From Fistulifera solaris (taxonomy: Eukaryota), in contig AP026153.1 in assembly GCA_030295235.1 (NCBI GenBank), positions 1-64,000 of the forward strand: a stretch of 64,000 bases of DNA, written 5' to 3'. A model generated the notes under the pieces. The model was not told the DNA's origin, made no database searches, and worked only from the letters and a program-made list of their open reading frames with translations. Position 1 is the stretch's first letter. Each line of letters opens with the position of its first letter. This document shows, piece by piece, positions 14,035-27,171 of the stretch. The position numbers and the translations under genes are program-made.

Positions 14035-14248
14035 ACTTCTTCCTGTCTCAAGAACACTGAAAGTACGTACTCTATCAATCAATGAACATGATACACTGTA
14101 CGCAATATGTTTCTTAAATCATTCATATAAGTATTGAATATAATGGATAAATACTCCGTAATGACGGCCTGTCGACACTGAATATTCATTGCAACATTCC
14201 AGTTAATTGAAGTGCCAGACGTTCACAACAAACCGCCATTTTCCGGAA

Positions 14249-15032
14249 TTACTCCTCCGTTTCCTGATCCGGGCGCGCCTCCGGTGCACGAAGGTGGCGC
14301 GTGGGAGGAATGGGGACGTGGTAGCAACCAGTGTCCGGATCACAAAAGTCGTCCGTGCAAGGATCGCCGTCGTTGCAACTCGCAGGAGAGCACTTGGCGC
14401 ACTTGACTCCAGGAACTCCGATGCAGGGATCGGATCCATCTGCCAAGACACAAATGGGGTATTTTCGGGAGCACTTTAAAATAAAGATACAACAATCAAC
14501 CGTCAGAACAAACGTGAAAGAGTCCAAAAGAACACCTCTCCAACAACAAACTTACCCCCTGATCAGAACCAGTGAGGCTCGTATCGACACACTTGGCAAC
14601 GCACTGGGTACCTCGCGTACGGATCGGCGGATCCGCTCCGCTATCGTTGACGCAAACTGGTGCCTGAGGAGGACATCCGTCATCCATGTCGTTGGGGTCG
14701 CTGAACGACTGGAGCGAATTGACGCAGACGGCACAATCTTTTCCTTCCACGCTGGCCGCCAGCGGACGGTCGCCGACACAGACGCGGAACTCTTCGTCGC
14801 AGCCTTCGTCGGGGGCGGTTTGACGGGTGCTCAATGGGAATTGCGAGTTGATGCAAAGAGCGCAGTGATGTCCAGTGACTCCATGGGCCGCAGCACCATT
14901 CCAATGCACGCAAATGGGAAGGTCCTCGGTACAGCAATCATCAATCACGCCTTTACCTTTGTCTGTACACGGAGGCTGAGCCACGGTCGACGTCGCAAAG
15001 AAGAGGAACGCAACAATAGAAGAGAAAAGCAT
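14249..15032 (-). CDS. Secreted Cys-rich repeat protein, paralogue 3 (short, lacks C-terminal Cys domain)
   Basis: Signal MLFSSIVAFLFFATSTVAQ; four repeats; intron 14474-14555; CNDGDPCTDDFCDP repeat, then a short tail and stop. Confidence 0.8.
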
Positions 15033-16292
15033 CTGAAAAGGAGCTGAAGTGAGGGGATCTTTTCGGATTGGTGTGAGAGGGAAAGCAATCGATGATATAT
15101 TACCTTGATTGCTCAATGAAATCAACGCAGTGCGAATTTCGAGTTGATCTAATTTGTGAGATAAATTTTCTTTCATGAGAACTGCTCGGATCCATCAAGT
15201 TCAAAGCATCAAAACGCATCAAGTTGGTAGACAATCTACGCAAACAATCGCCCACGCGCGAGATGAATGCTGTGTGCTGTGCACACTTCCGACGACTTCC
15301 GAATCTTTGACGTTTGAACGGGGCAACATTCATTCGAACAGCAAGTAAGTTGTGATATGATTTTATAGTTTTAGGTAGGGGCATTGACGGAACGTTTCCT
15401 TGAAAACAATTGCCGATGATGACACTGGAACTTCTGTAGTCACGAATGGAAAGAGACAATTAGAGCAAAAACACTCCATACGCCATTTTTAAGCCGTCTC
15501 GTGACTCGTGATTGTGAATGAGCTCAGCGTCATAAGACAAAAGTCATCATAACGTTTTTGCCAGAATTCAATAAGAAAAAGCTTACAGTTTTTATAAAAA
15601 TCGTGCACAGCCTCAACAGCTTGCTAGCTTGCTGCTTGCTCATCTCTCATCTCTCTAGAGACTTTAATGGTCAGGAAAGAACAAAGGCTGCCAGCTGCCA
15701 ATCACGAGTTGTCATCGCAACATAATAGTTCCTCTTTGAATAACTTCACAGCATCTATTTATTGGGACAATTTCGATTTGCCTTTTTCTCTTTTTTCTGA
15801 TCATTACTTTCAACAAAGTCAGTAGGGCTATACCGCAAATTCTTCTCTGTTAGCTGTTCCACTTTCCAGTTTCCAGGGAAGGCGAACACAAAATTGAAGG
15901 ACTTGTGCCGTGTGCCATGTGCTAGCTTTAAGTAGTGTGTTGAGGGGTTAAATAATTGATACTACCTGATACCAGGTACCTGATACCTGATACACGGTTT
16001 TTCAGAAAAAGGGAATGGCGAGGAAGAGGCTGTTTCCGATCGGAAAAATGGATACCGCTACGTCAGTCATACTGGTAGTGCCGACGCACACACAGAACTT
16101 AGACGACAAACCCTTAACCTTACGGTACCGTTCTTGCAAACAACAACATCACAACACCACAATTTCAAAAAAACATAACGCTCTATTCAAATAATAATCG
16201 TGCTTTCATACATTCAATTAGCCATCTTTTCTTGTCGGCTGTCCTTGTTAATGAAAATATGTAATATCAAAGGCACGAATGAGTCTCCGATC

Positions 16293-17335
16293 TTATTTTC
16301 CGGTCGTCGTCGGACCCGATGGCTGACCGTCAACACGTGCTTCTTCAAATGGAATCTCACCACCGCATTCGGGCAAGCAGTGGCCTTCTCCACAGCATGT
16401 CGACGCACATCTCGTGCTTTCGGGGCAGTCCGCATTCGAAGTACATTCTACCAGTCCCTCGCAGCTGACGTTTGGCCAGCAGAATGGGGCACCTTCCGTG
16501 TCGACGTCGCACAGGCAAAACTCCACCCCCGAGCAAAAGGGGGAAGGGATCGCCGCACTGCCAATCCACCGCATTTGCATCGCACACGCAAGAGCCATTG
16601 TCGACGGAATAGCAACCAAAGTAAGGATCACAGTAGTCGTCGGTACACGGATTGCCGTCATCGCATACGGATGGAGAGCAAACCGAACATTTGACTCCTG
16701 GGCTTTGAAAGCCGGGGTCGGATCCGTCTTCCAGAACACAATAAGGGTAGTTTCGGGGGCACTGAGATTCAAGAGAACCAATACAACAATTCACCGTGAG
16801 TCGAAAGTCGTGCAATAATATGAAGCTGAACGAAAACATCACATAACAACTTACCCCGATGTCGGGCTCATTATAACCAGTGTCAACGCAGTCCGCAATG
16901 CACTTGGTGCCGGGCTTTCGCAACGGCGGCTCCGATCCGTCGTCATTGACACAAATGGGTGCTTCCGGTGGGCATCCATCGTCAATATCATTCGCATCGA
17001 TAGTGGTTGGGATCGAATTGACACACACGGCACACGCGGTTCCTTCGACGTTGGCAGCCAAGGGGCGTCGACCGACGCAAACGCGGGCGTCAAAATCGCA
17101 ACCCTCGTCCAGGTCAACTTGCCAGAAGCGGTTGGGCTGCTGCGAGTTGATGCAGAGAGCACAGTGGTGTCCGCGGTTACCTCCAACCACTTGGCCGCCA
17201 TTGCGATACACGCAAATGGGTTTTTCTTCGGTGCATCGTTGGTCGATCACCCACTGACCGAGATCACGGCAAGTGGTTTGAGCTGCAGCAGGTCCTGCGA
17301 ACAGGAGAGAAAAAAAGAATGGAAGAGAGACGCAT
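16293..17335 (-). CDS. Secreted Cys-rich repeat protein, paralogue 4
   Basis: MRLSSILFSLLFAGPAAAQ after correcting one homopolymer; intron 16762-16854; CDDGNPCTDDYC repeat and C-terminal Cys domain, with an apparent frameshift near 16540-16570. Confidence 0.8.
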
Positions 17336-18873
17336 CTGTTCTCCGCAGGCAATGTGAGAAGGCCATAGTCAACTGCATTTACCTGACGAGAGCCATATTT
17401 GCTTACCTTCAGTGTCGGATGAATGAACGTTGAGTGAAAACTGCGAACCGGAAGTTTTATGAGAGCATTTGCGAACGAAAAATGTGATTTGCGATCCAAA
17501 AGATCCAAGTTGTCATTCGTAAGCTGAAGGCACGACTCGGCATGCTTTGTTCTTCATTGCACGGACATTTCTTAGTGTTCATAGTTCATAGATCTGAAGA
17601 TCCACAGAAGAATGCTCTTCTGAAAGCGTGATAGCCTCTCTAGGAATAAGATATTACAACCAACCACTGGGGCTGCGATGCAAAGAATGTAACAACGGGA
17701 ATCACGACTCAAGGGGCAATCTGCGAAAACAGGTGTGTGTTTTTATCGCTTCAAAAATGAGATGCGAATACTGCTACGCATGCTATCTGCTATCCTGGTG
17801 ACAATCGGAAACACTTTGATTTTATGCCTCGAGCCTTGTCAATTGCGAACCGAAGCCGACTTGTTCCATGCTCGTTAGGATATATAATGGTTTCGAGAAC
17901 CTTGGATGTATTTGCACTCACTGGAACATCGTCGATTCTCGATTTAGCCTAAGGTAACAACTAGACCAGTCTCTTTCATGCTTCAAGCTAGAAAAACAAA
18001 GAACGACAGAAATGAAATGCTGTGTGCTGTGTGCTGTGTGTTCTTGGACTGGATTGAATTTGTAATATTTCCGTGTTGTTGTGTTCCGAGTTCTGCGAGG
18101 GCTTAAGAACACAAGTCACGAGTAAGAATGCCCTGTTGAAGAATGTCATCGGCGTCGATCTGTCTCGACTTTGACGCTATTGTCAAATTCACTGGATCTT
18201 GAGACGTGTCAAAAGGCGAATTTCGGTTTGATGCACAGAGCATGAATCCAAATGGTGCAGCAGCAATAGGCAATAGCAAATGCTACGTAGTAATTGCTAA
18301 CTGCTACTTACTTGTAACAAATTGATAGATGTGAGTTTGTTTGTGCGACATTTCTAGAGACTAGACGAGTTTCTTGCATTGTTTATTGTTTTGGTGTCGT
18401 AAAAATTTAGTGATGACCCGCTCGACGATGCTCAAGGCTGCTGCAATACTTTTTGTTAACCTCTATGCTCAAGTTTGTTGATAGTTATTGAGTTGATGCA
18501 AGCACCCAACAAGAAAACTAATTTCGGATAATAGTTTGGATCTTTTATATTGCGAACATTCGGCAAGAAAGGACGGCGAAGGTAACACTTTTGAAATGCG
18601 TGCTGCGTCGTAAGAATGATACGTATTGAAAAGCCTTAAACTTAGCTAATGCGTACTTGTACTTTACGGCACTCGCACCTCGCACTGCACTATGCTTCTA
18701 TGCTTCAACACTATGCTTGCACTATTTTACGAGCAAAAAAAAGATGATGATTATTGCGAACAGCGACAACGATGGAGATGCAAAGTACAGTTTTTCTCAT
18801 CTTATTTAAAGATCACAACTAACCGCTTCTCTTCAGAATGAACGTATGTAGGTTATAAGGCAGGAATGAGCCT

Positions 18874-19912
18874 TCAATTTTGAGTTCCGGCGGTTGTCGG
18901 GCCCGACGGCTGACCGTCAACGCGGACTTCCTCCAACCATATATCATCACATTCGGGCAAACATTGACCTTCTCCACAGCACGTTGATGCACATCTTGTG
19001 CCTTCGGGGCAGTCAGCATTAGAAGAGCAATCCACGAGTCCCTCACAGCTCGTATCAGGCCAACAGAAGGGAGCGCCTTCCGTGTCGACATCGCAGATGC
19101 AAAATTGGGTCCCAGAGCAAAGGGCCACGGATCATTGCATTGCCAATCTACCGCATTTGCATCGCATACACAAGAGCCGTTATCTACGTAGTAGCAACCG
19201 TAATATGGGTCGCAAATATCGTCTGTGCAAGGATTGCCGTCGTCGCATACCGATGGAGAGCTGATCGAGCACTTGTCGCCAGCTCGGGGATAACCGGGTT
19301 CCGATCCGTCTTCATAAACGCAATGAGGGTAGTTATCGGGGCACTTTTAAGAGAAACGTAAACAAGTAACCGACAGCAAAGCAACAATATTTATGGCGGA
19401 CGGAGAAGAGGAAATAACACGCAACAACTTACCCCGATGTCCAACTCAAAGTTACTCGTATCGAAGCAATCCGCAATACACTTGGTACCGGGCTTTCGCA
19501 ACGCCGGCTCCGATCCGTCGTCATTAACACAAATGGGTGCTTCCGGTGGGCAACCATCATCAATGTCGTTCGCATCAATGGTGGTGGGGATTGAATTGAC
19601 ACACACGGCACAAGCGGTTCCTTCGACGTTGGCGGCCAAGGGACGTCGGCCGACGCAGACGCGGGCGTCGAAATCGCAACCCTCGTCAAGGTCAACTTGC
19701 CAATAACCATTGGGCTGCTGCGAGTTGATGCACAGAGCGCAATGATGTCCGCGGTTGCCACCGACCACTTGGCCGCCATTGCGATACACGCAAATAGGTT
19801 TATCCTCAGTGCATCGTTGGTCGATCACCCACTGCCCGAGATCACGACAAGACGTTTGTGCTGCAGCAGGTCCTATGAATAGGAGAGAAAGAAGAATGGA
19901 AAAGAGACGCAT
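18874..19912 (-). CDS. Secreted Cys-rich repeat protein, paralogue 5
   Basis: ORF 19391-19912 (MRLFSILLSLLFIGPAAAQ...) nearly identical to paralogue 4; GTAAGT donor after DIG; exon 2 runs to ORF 18874-19128 with an apparent frameshift. Confidence 0.8.
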
Positions 19913-21668
19913 CTTTATAAGGCAGGCAACGTGAGCAGATTATGGTGAATTGTATGAACAACGAGGGCGATTACTGCATACCTCCAATACCGGGAATTTC
20001 AGTGCTGAACGAAAATCGCGAACCAACTGATTTTGTGAGACGATTCGCATGCAAAGGAACTCAGAATTTGCATGGATCAAAGGTGTCACTCGTTAGTGAA
20101 GGTACGATTCGACGTGCTTTGTTCTTCACTATCTGAAAATTCAATGAAGAACAATTGTTTGGAAGTGTGAAGCAACATGCGGCTTTAAGGCAGAGATGTA
20201 ACAACGGAATCACGACTCAGGGGACTTTTCGCAAAACGGAGATGAGTAATCAATAGTCTATTATTTCAAAATGAAATGCGAATACTGCACACGAAAGCTA
20301 GAAGTTAAATTTATCACGTTTCATTCTTCAGGCCTGCGATTTGTGATCTTGCGATTGCGAACCGAATCCGACTTGTTCCACGCTCGTTAGGACAATGACA
20401 CATGATTGATTCGAGATGAAAAACGAAAAAAATAAGTTGTTTGTTCTGTTCCGAGCAATGGTTCCGACTTTTGTGAGGGCTTAAAAATCACGAGTCACGA
20501 GTGCGAAGAATAACAGTTGCTTTGTCGTTGTCGGGACTCTGACGCTCACTATCCACTATCCTTTCACTGGAACTTGAGACGCGTCGAAGGCCGGACTCTG
20601 TTTCATCTTCATTCCGAAGCTATAGCTTGTGATTTCATCTGCGATCATTCACAACTTTTGCTCTATGTTGTGTGTCGCAAGGTTAGATTGTGCGTCCAAG
20701 GTAATCCAGAAATCGCCAGAAAAGCGTAGAAAGTTCGACTGGATTTATCGTGACGTCAAAACAAACACGAAACACGTAACCTAGTCTGATGAAACTTCTA
20801 GGAAACTCATCGGCTACACTTTGGGACTTCTCTTGTAAAAAATGCCGTTCTGGTATAACTCATCTGTGGAACAGAAATTTGATCTGTTGATGCGGATGCA
20901 AAAAGAAATTGACTAAAATAAGAAGCACCTAATTTAGGCGCGTAATAATAGAAGTAATAAAAGTACCGAGTTCCTACTTGACTCATGACTGAAATCGAGT
21001 CGCAAATAAAGTCATCTACATTATTCACCACATTCTACGAAATGTTAGGGAGTCCGATCGCGGTCCGATAAGTGGCCGGACGCCGACGGACCATACGGCA
21101 CACGCAAAGCGTGTGTTGCAAAAATTGCATCGCAAATCATTGCAACTGAAGTTATGACCTTCATTGATTGTTATAGACCTTGATACTGGTATATCAACTC
21201 TTACTCATGCTGATGTACAACGCTACTTCATTTATTTCAGCTGAAAGTCAATGCGGGACGAATGTTGAATGGTTGTGGCTTGCTGAAGATTTGCATCAGT
21301 CAAGACCTTCGCCCTACTCGCCTCGAAAGTCAGTCTTCACTCAATTGTTAACGCCGCAAAAGTACGTCGAAGCAACTAACAAATAGCAGAACCATCTTTG
21401 ATCTGTGAAAACAAAATATTTGGTATCACAAACGCGCCTCGTAAGAATTTTCTGTTTTGAGGCCCTAAAAACGAAATGCGCTCTACACTCGAATGAGAGA
21501 CATCAGTCGCTCGCTGGAGAGACGTGTGCAATAACGAGAATCAGAACAAAGTCATGTAATAATAATCCAATGGGATTGCTTGAACTACGGCGTGTTCTAT
21601 CAACGTCAAAGATAGAGTTGCTTATTGCGGTGATTGGCTTTTCAGCTTGCAGAGAAGTTTATTCGATA

Positions 21669-22690
21669 TCAGAAAAAGCCGGCACTGGTGTTACCTGACA
21701 ACACTTCCTGGGCGGAGACACGGAACGCACCGACCGACTCCTCGTCGTCGCACTCTTCAAAACAGTTGCCTGGTCCGCTGCAACAAGTTGTAGCACAACG
21801 GGTGTTCTCGGGACAGTCAGCATTCGTCGAACATTCCGTCAGATTCTCGCAGTTGACGACTGGCCAACAGAATGGGGCGCCTTCGCTATCCACGTCGCAA
21901 ATGCAAAACCGGGTGCTCGAGCACGAAGGAAAGAGAGGCCCTCCGCACTCCCAATCGACAGCATCGGCTCCGCATTCACAGAAACTGCTGGCAATATGGA
22001 AGCAGCCAACTTCGGGTTCACAGTAATCATCGGTGCAAGGATCGTTGTCGTCGCAGGAAGCAGGAGAGCAGATGGCGCACTTTTCTCCGGCATTGCCTTC
22101 ACCTGGATCGGTTCCGTCTTCCAAAACACAACTCGGGTAAAGAACGGGGCACTATGAATAGATCGTTAGTAAATGCATGCACTCGGAAAATTCAACAACA
22201 TGCAGCAACTTACCCCTTTATCCTTGCTCTGGGAGCTCGTATCGACGCACTTTGCAACACAGTTGGTACCTGGCTTTCGAACCGCTGGGTTCTTGCCGTC
22301 ATCTTTGACACATACGGGTCTTTGGGGTGGGCATCCGTCATCAACGTTGTTGGGATCGACGGTCGATGGAAACGAATTGACGCAGAGGGCACAAGCTGTG
22401 CCTTCGACATTGGATGCCAAGGGACGGGTGCCGACACAAACGGGAACGTCGAAGTCACAGCCCTCGTCAGGAAAGACTTGTTCGAAGCGATTTGGCTGTT
22501 GCGAGTTAATGCAGAGAGCGCAATGGTGCCCTGTATTGCCACCAACAACCTGGCCTCCATTGCGGTACACACAGATGGGGTATTCCTCGGTGCATCCTTG
22601 ATCGATAACTTCTGGACCTAAATCCAGGCAATTTTGAGCCCCGATTGGTGCTGCGAGTAGGAGAAATGTAACAGCAAGCGAGAGACGCAT
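21669..22690 (-). CDS. Secreted Cys-rich repeat protein, paralogue 6
   Basis: Exon 1 is ORF 22166-22690 (MRLSLAVTFLLLAAPIGAQ); intron after KDKG; exon 2 is ORF 21669-22124. No frameshift apparent. Confidence 0.85.
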
Positions 22691-24251
22691 CTATAAAAGG
22701 CGTTGTCAGCGTGGATCAAGTGGGCGTGTATTTGAGATAGTCGATGGGAGTTACCTTGATGCTTATTTTGCTTAACGTGCAAAAATGTAATTTGACGAAT
22801 TTGTGGAACAATGGGCGGCAAACGAAAAACTACGAAATAATACGCTGAAAGATCTTTCATCGTTGAAAGCGAACTGCCCACAGATTCGTCTCATAAGATA
22901 TTTCGGTGTTGATTGATATCCGTCACAATGAGAATCGCCGCAACTCGCCGCTATGAACTTCGAAAAATGATCCCTTGTCATCCTGTCATCGAACGTGCAA
23001 TCGCCGCTCGCCGCGCGAACGACTTCGTTGTCGTTCCAACAATCTACTGTAATGATTATTGTAAATTGTTGAGTACAAGTGCAACGAATACGTTGCATCT
23101 TCACTGGAACATTGAGCATTGAGCAGAGCAGTTAATATTTAATGGCATAGTCTAGTCAGAAGTCAGACTTCCGAAGCCTAAATACCAAGTACGTATTCGA
23201 TTCTATTTTATGCGGTCTAGAAACTACGGACAAAGGAGTAAATTAGGAACTAGTCAAGGGTGTGAGTACCTTTTCTTTTGTACCTTTTAGCGTAGGCTTT
23301 CAAAACATCCGATTTCGGGCGGGGCCTAAATTAGATGAGCCGCGAGCAACCAATGTCTTTGTTTCTTGTCACTTTTAACTCTCGCTCTCTGAACCCAGGA
23401 TTTGACAACAGACAACTGACAACTGATCGTCTTGATGATTCTACGTGACACAAGACTCGCTCTATCGACGGTTCTCATTATTTGCACTATTCTTCAGTAT
23501 TATTGGTGCCCTTTGATGGCGGTTCGCATTAGATTTCCGAACCCGAACCTCGGTTACTCGTGACTCATCACAACTCATGACCGAATTTTGAACAGCGCGC
23601 GAGCATAAAACACAACAACGCAAAATCAGAAAGATGCGGACTTTATCTCATTAAGATGCGTTGTAAACAGAGGCTTTTATACTTGAAATGTAAAGAAAAG
23701 AACTACGTTAACAACTGTACTTACCAGTATTGCGGCAGGAATCGTGGATCCTCGAAAACGGCTTTGTTGCCTCGCAGTAGCTTGTAATAAAGACACACAC
23801 GATGTCGTGGTCGAAGGAACGTTGCATTGATTATTCGGATTGAAAGATGCGCTTCCATTGAGTCTATTCGCTACTCAACAATCTTTTCTCGCAGCAACAC
23901 GCTAAATTCCCTCGCTCTCGAGAGCCTTTCGTGACGCAGCGACTAACGCCAACCCCTTTATCGTCTTCCTTAGAGACGCAACCCGAGCGAACCGAACACT
24001 GTTGAAGAGAAGCGACACCTGGATGATTAAACAGCATTTTCAAAGAATTGAATCATCTGGAGAAGACATATTACTGCACCGTTCAAGTGCACATTCGGTG
24101 ATACGAATTGTTGCGCTACATGTTGAAGTCTAAAAGAACAACTATGGACAGCGAAACCTTCTCTTATTATTCTTTACGGCTACTTGTCGAATTGGCTCGT
24201 TCTGTTCCGCCAATCATCCATTGCTTTGTTGATAGGAATGGAGCTTAATAC

Positions 24252-25294
24252 TTATTTCCCAGTACTGGTCGGGCCCGAGGGAGCCTCCCCCTTAAGAACT
24301 GAATTGGGGAGAACCTCAATGGAATCATCGCACTCGGGCAAACACTGGCCTGCTCCACAGCAAGTCGAAGCGCATCTCGTTCCCTCGGGGCAGTCGGAAT
24401 TCGACGAGCAATCCACGAGTCCCTCGCAAAGGACATTGGGCCAGCAGAAGGGGGCGCCTTCGGCATCAACGTCGCAGACGCAGAAATTGGTTCCCGAGCA
24501 CAAGGGGGAGAGTGAAGTCGTCGCACTGCCAATCCTCCGCATTTGCATCGCACACGCACGAACCGTTGTCAATGGAGTAGCAACCGAAAATCGGATCGCA
24601 AAAGTCGTCGGTGCAGGGATTGAAGTCGTCGCACGTCAACGGAGTGCAAGCGGCGCACTTCACACCGGGAACTTGTTCACCGGGGTCGGTTCCGTCTTTC
24701 AAGACGCAGTGAGGGTAGTTTCGTGGGCACTTGGAAGAAAGAGAAATACAACAATGAACCGTGAGTCGGACAATATTCTTTTCTTTTAAAGACCGACAAC
24801 AACCAACAACTTACCCCGACATCCATCTCAAAGTAGCTTGTATCGACGCAATCGGCAATGCAGTTGGTACCTGGCTTTCGTAAAGCCGGTTCCGAGCCGT
24901 CGTCATTGACACAAATGGGTGCGTCAGGGGGACATCCATCATCAAAAGTGTTTGCGTCGATAGTGTCGGGGATCGAGTTCACACAAGTAGCACAAGCTGT
25001 CCCCTCCACGTTGGCTGCCAACGGGCGTGAGCCGACGCAAACTCGGAAGTCGAAATCGCAACCCTCGTCAGGGTCAACCTGCCAGAAGCGGTTGGGCTGC
25101 TGCGAGTTGATGCACAAAGCACAATGATGTCCGCGGTTGCCACCGACCACCTGAGCCCCGTTGCGGGTTACACAGACGGGAAAATCTTCGGTGCATCGTT
25201 GGTCGATTACCCCCTTGCCGAGATCGCGGCAGCTGGTTTGAGCACCAACAGGTCCTGCAAATAGGAAAGAAAAGAGAATGGAAGAGAGGCGCAT
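24252..25294 (-). CDS. Secreted Cys-rich repeat protein, paralogue 7
   Basis: MRLSSILFSFLFAGPVGAQ; same repeats and intron (after MDVG); exon 2 split over ORFs 24466-24702 and 24252-24572 by small indels. Confidence 0.8.
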
Positions 25295-27171
25295 CTTTAA
25301 AGCCACGCGAGTTAGTATTGTTAGTGAGGATACATTGGACCATAATCTATTTGATGGCTTACCTTTGAAGCTCAACAAGGTCCACGGTTCGATGATTCTC
25401 GATCGGTTCAAATTTATGAGATCAATGATTCGGGAAAATGAGATCCGAAATATTCAGGATCTTCAGTGGGCCGCTCGTGGTGCGACGGTACAAATTCCAC
25501 GGGGCTCACTCCCATCACGCGTAGATTGGAGATTGGATACTCTTCAAAGATCTGAATCTTTCGAATGGTACAAGTAACTCTGTTTGATTGTTTTTGATTC
25601 GTGACAGCATCTTTTTGAAAAAGGGTATGGCACTTTTGTTTCGCGCTTCAGAAACACGAATGAACAGGACAACGGCTATCCACGACAACCCTGACATTGA
25701 CAAAGGAAATCAAAATTTTGAAACTCTCAAATTTATGAGCAAAAGACGCCATTTAAACTTCCGAATGGACGCAGGATCTGCATTTCGTCGATTGTCAACT
25801 TCCGAGTTCTGAATGTTGGGGTACTTCAGCGCTCGTATTTATAGAGCGGGATTAGGGATCTCTAGAATCTCGAGCTTGTGCAAGGCACGTGCTCGAGGCT
25901 CGAGAGAGTTGGCAGGAGATCAAGGAATAAGGCAAATCAAATGCCACATACTGTAAACTGTAACTGGAAGAGGACCCTCATAGCTCATAGACTAATGGTA
26001 AAAATATTGATGCGGAATGAGGCTGAGTGAGGATCTATTCTCTATTCGGAGTTTCTACTTATTTAGTCATTCTGTGGTTATGTTGCAAGTTTTAAAGCAA
26101 TATGGAGTAAACTTTAGAGTGAGGAAGAGAAGAAAGTCCGTCACTAAAGAGTTACAACCTACAAGTGTACAGTACAAGGTACAAGGTACAAGTTCCCAAT
26201 TCCCAATTTCCATGTCCAAGTCCAAGCCGAGTCGTGCTGTCGTGCTATTGCTATCCCATAATCGAGTTAAGATCTAAAGAGAGAGTCCAAGAAGGAGAAA
26301 AAAGGCTATAGTTCTACATTACTTTTTACTGTCGATTGTTTTTGTAAACTGAGGCTTATGTCCGAGCGTTCTTTTGTGTTAGAGTAAACACGAGTCACGA
26401 ATCATCAATTATTCGTGTTTAGTGGTCTCGGGTATTTTTAGTTTTTAGTCTTCACTGGAACTTGAAACGTGCAAGCATGAATCTAAACGGTGAATCTAAA
26501 CGGCTCGTGCAACGAACAAAACGTGCACACCCTGCCATTTGCCATTTTGATAAAAATCTTTCAATAGGAAAGGAAGGCTAAGCTAGACTAGCCTACCCCC
26601 GTTGATTTTAGACAAGTCTAGCCCCTAGCTAATAAAAATTACGGAGTAAGAGTTTAGCGAGAGACTTGTCTACGGTACTTGTACTCCGTATATTTTACCT
26701 AGGCCCTGTAACCTGTAACTCGTGTCTCGTACATCATGCTTTGGCCCGTTTTTCTTTCCAAATTACGAGGAAAAATGGAATGAAAATGCCAAACGTGAGC
26801 CTTGCACCTTGCCAGCTTTAGCTAAAGGGACTTCAACTAAAGGGAAGTTAAGATTTCTGGAACGTACAAAGAATTTCTGTTTGACTAAACCACCATCCAC
26901 AGAATTTACTACGTAAGGACTTAGAAAACTTCGCCCTACAGGTACTAAGAAGATAGGGCTAATCCGTCAGTGAGTACCGGTACGGTACCGGTTTTCAGCA
27001 CCTTAATGCGTCGTCGACTTCACACAGCAGCAACAAAAACAAAAATGCATCCATTTCATTCTATAACAACAGACTTTTTGATTATTCATTCTTTCTTTAT
27101 GAATGTTTTTTCTTTATGATTCTTCTTATGAGAACATGTTATGACTTTTCTGCGCTTGATTGTGCGCAAAA

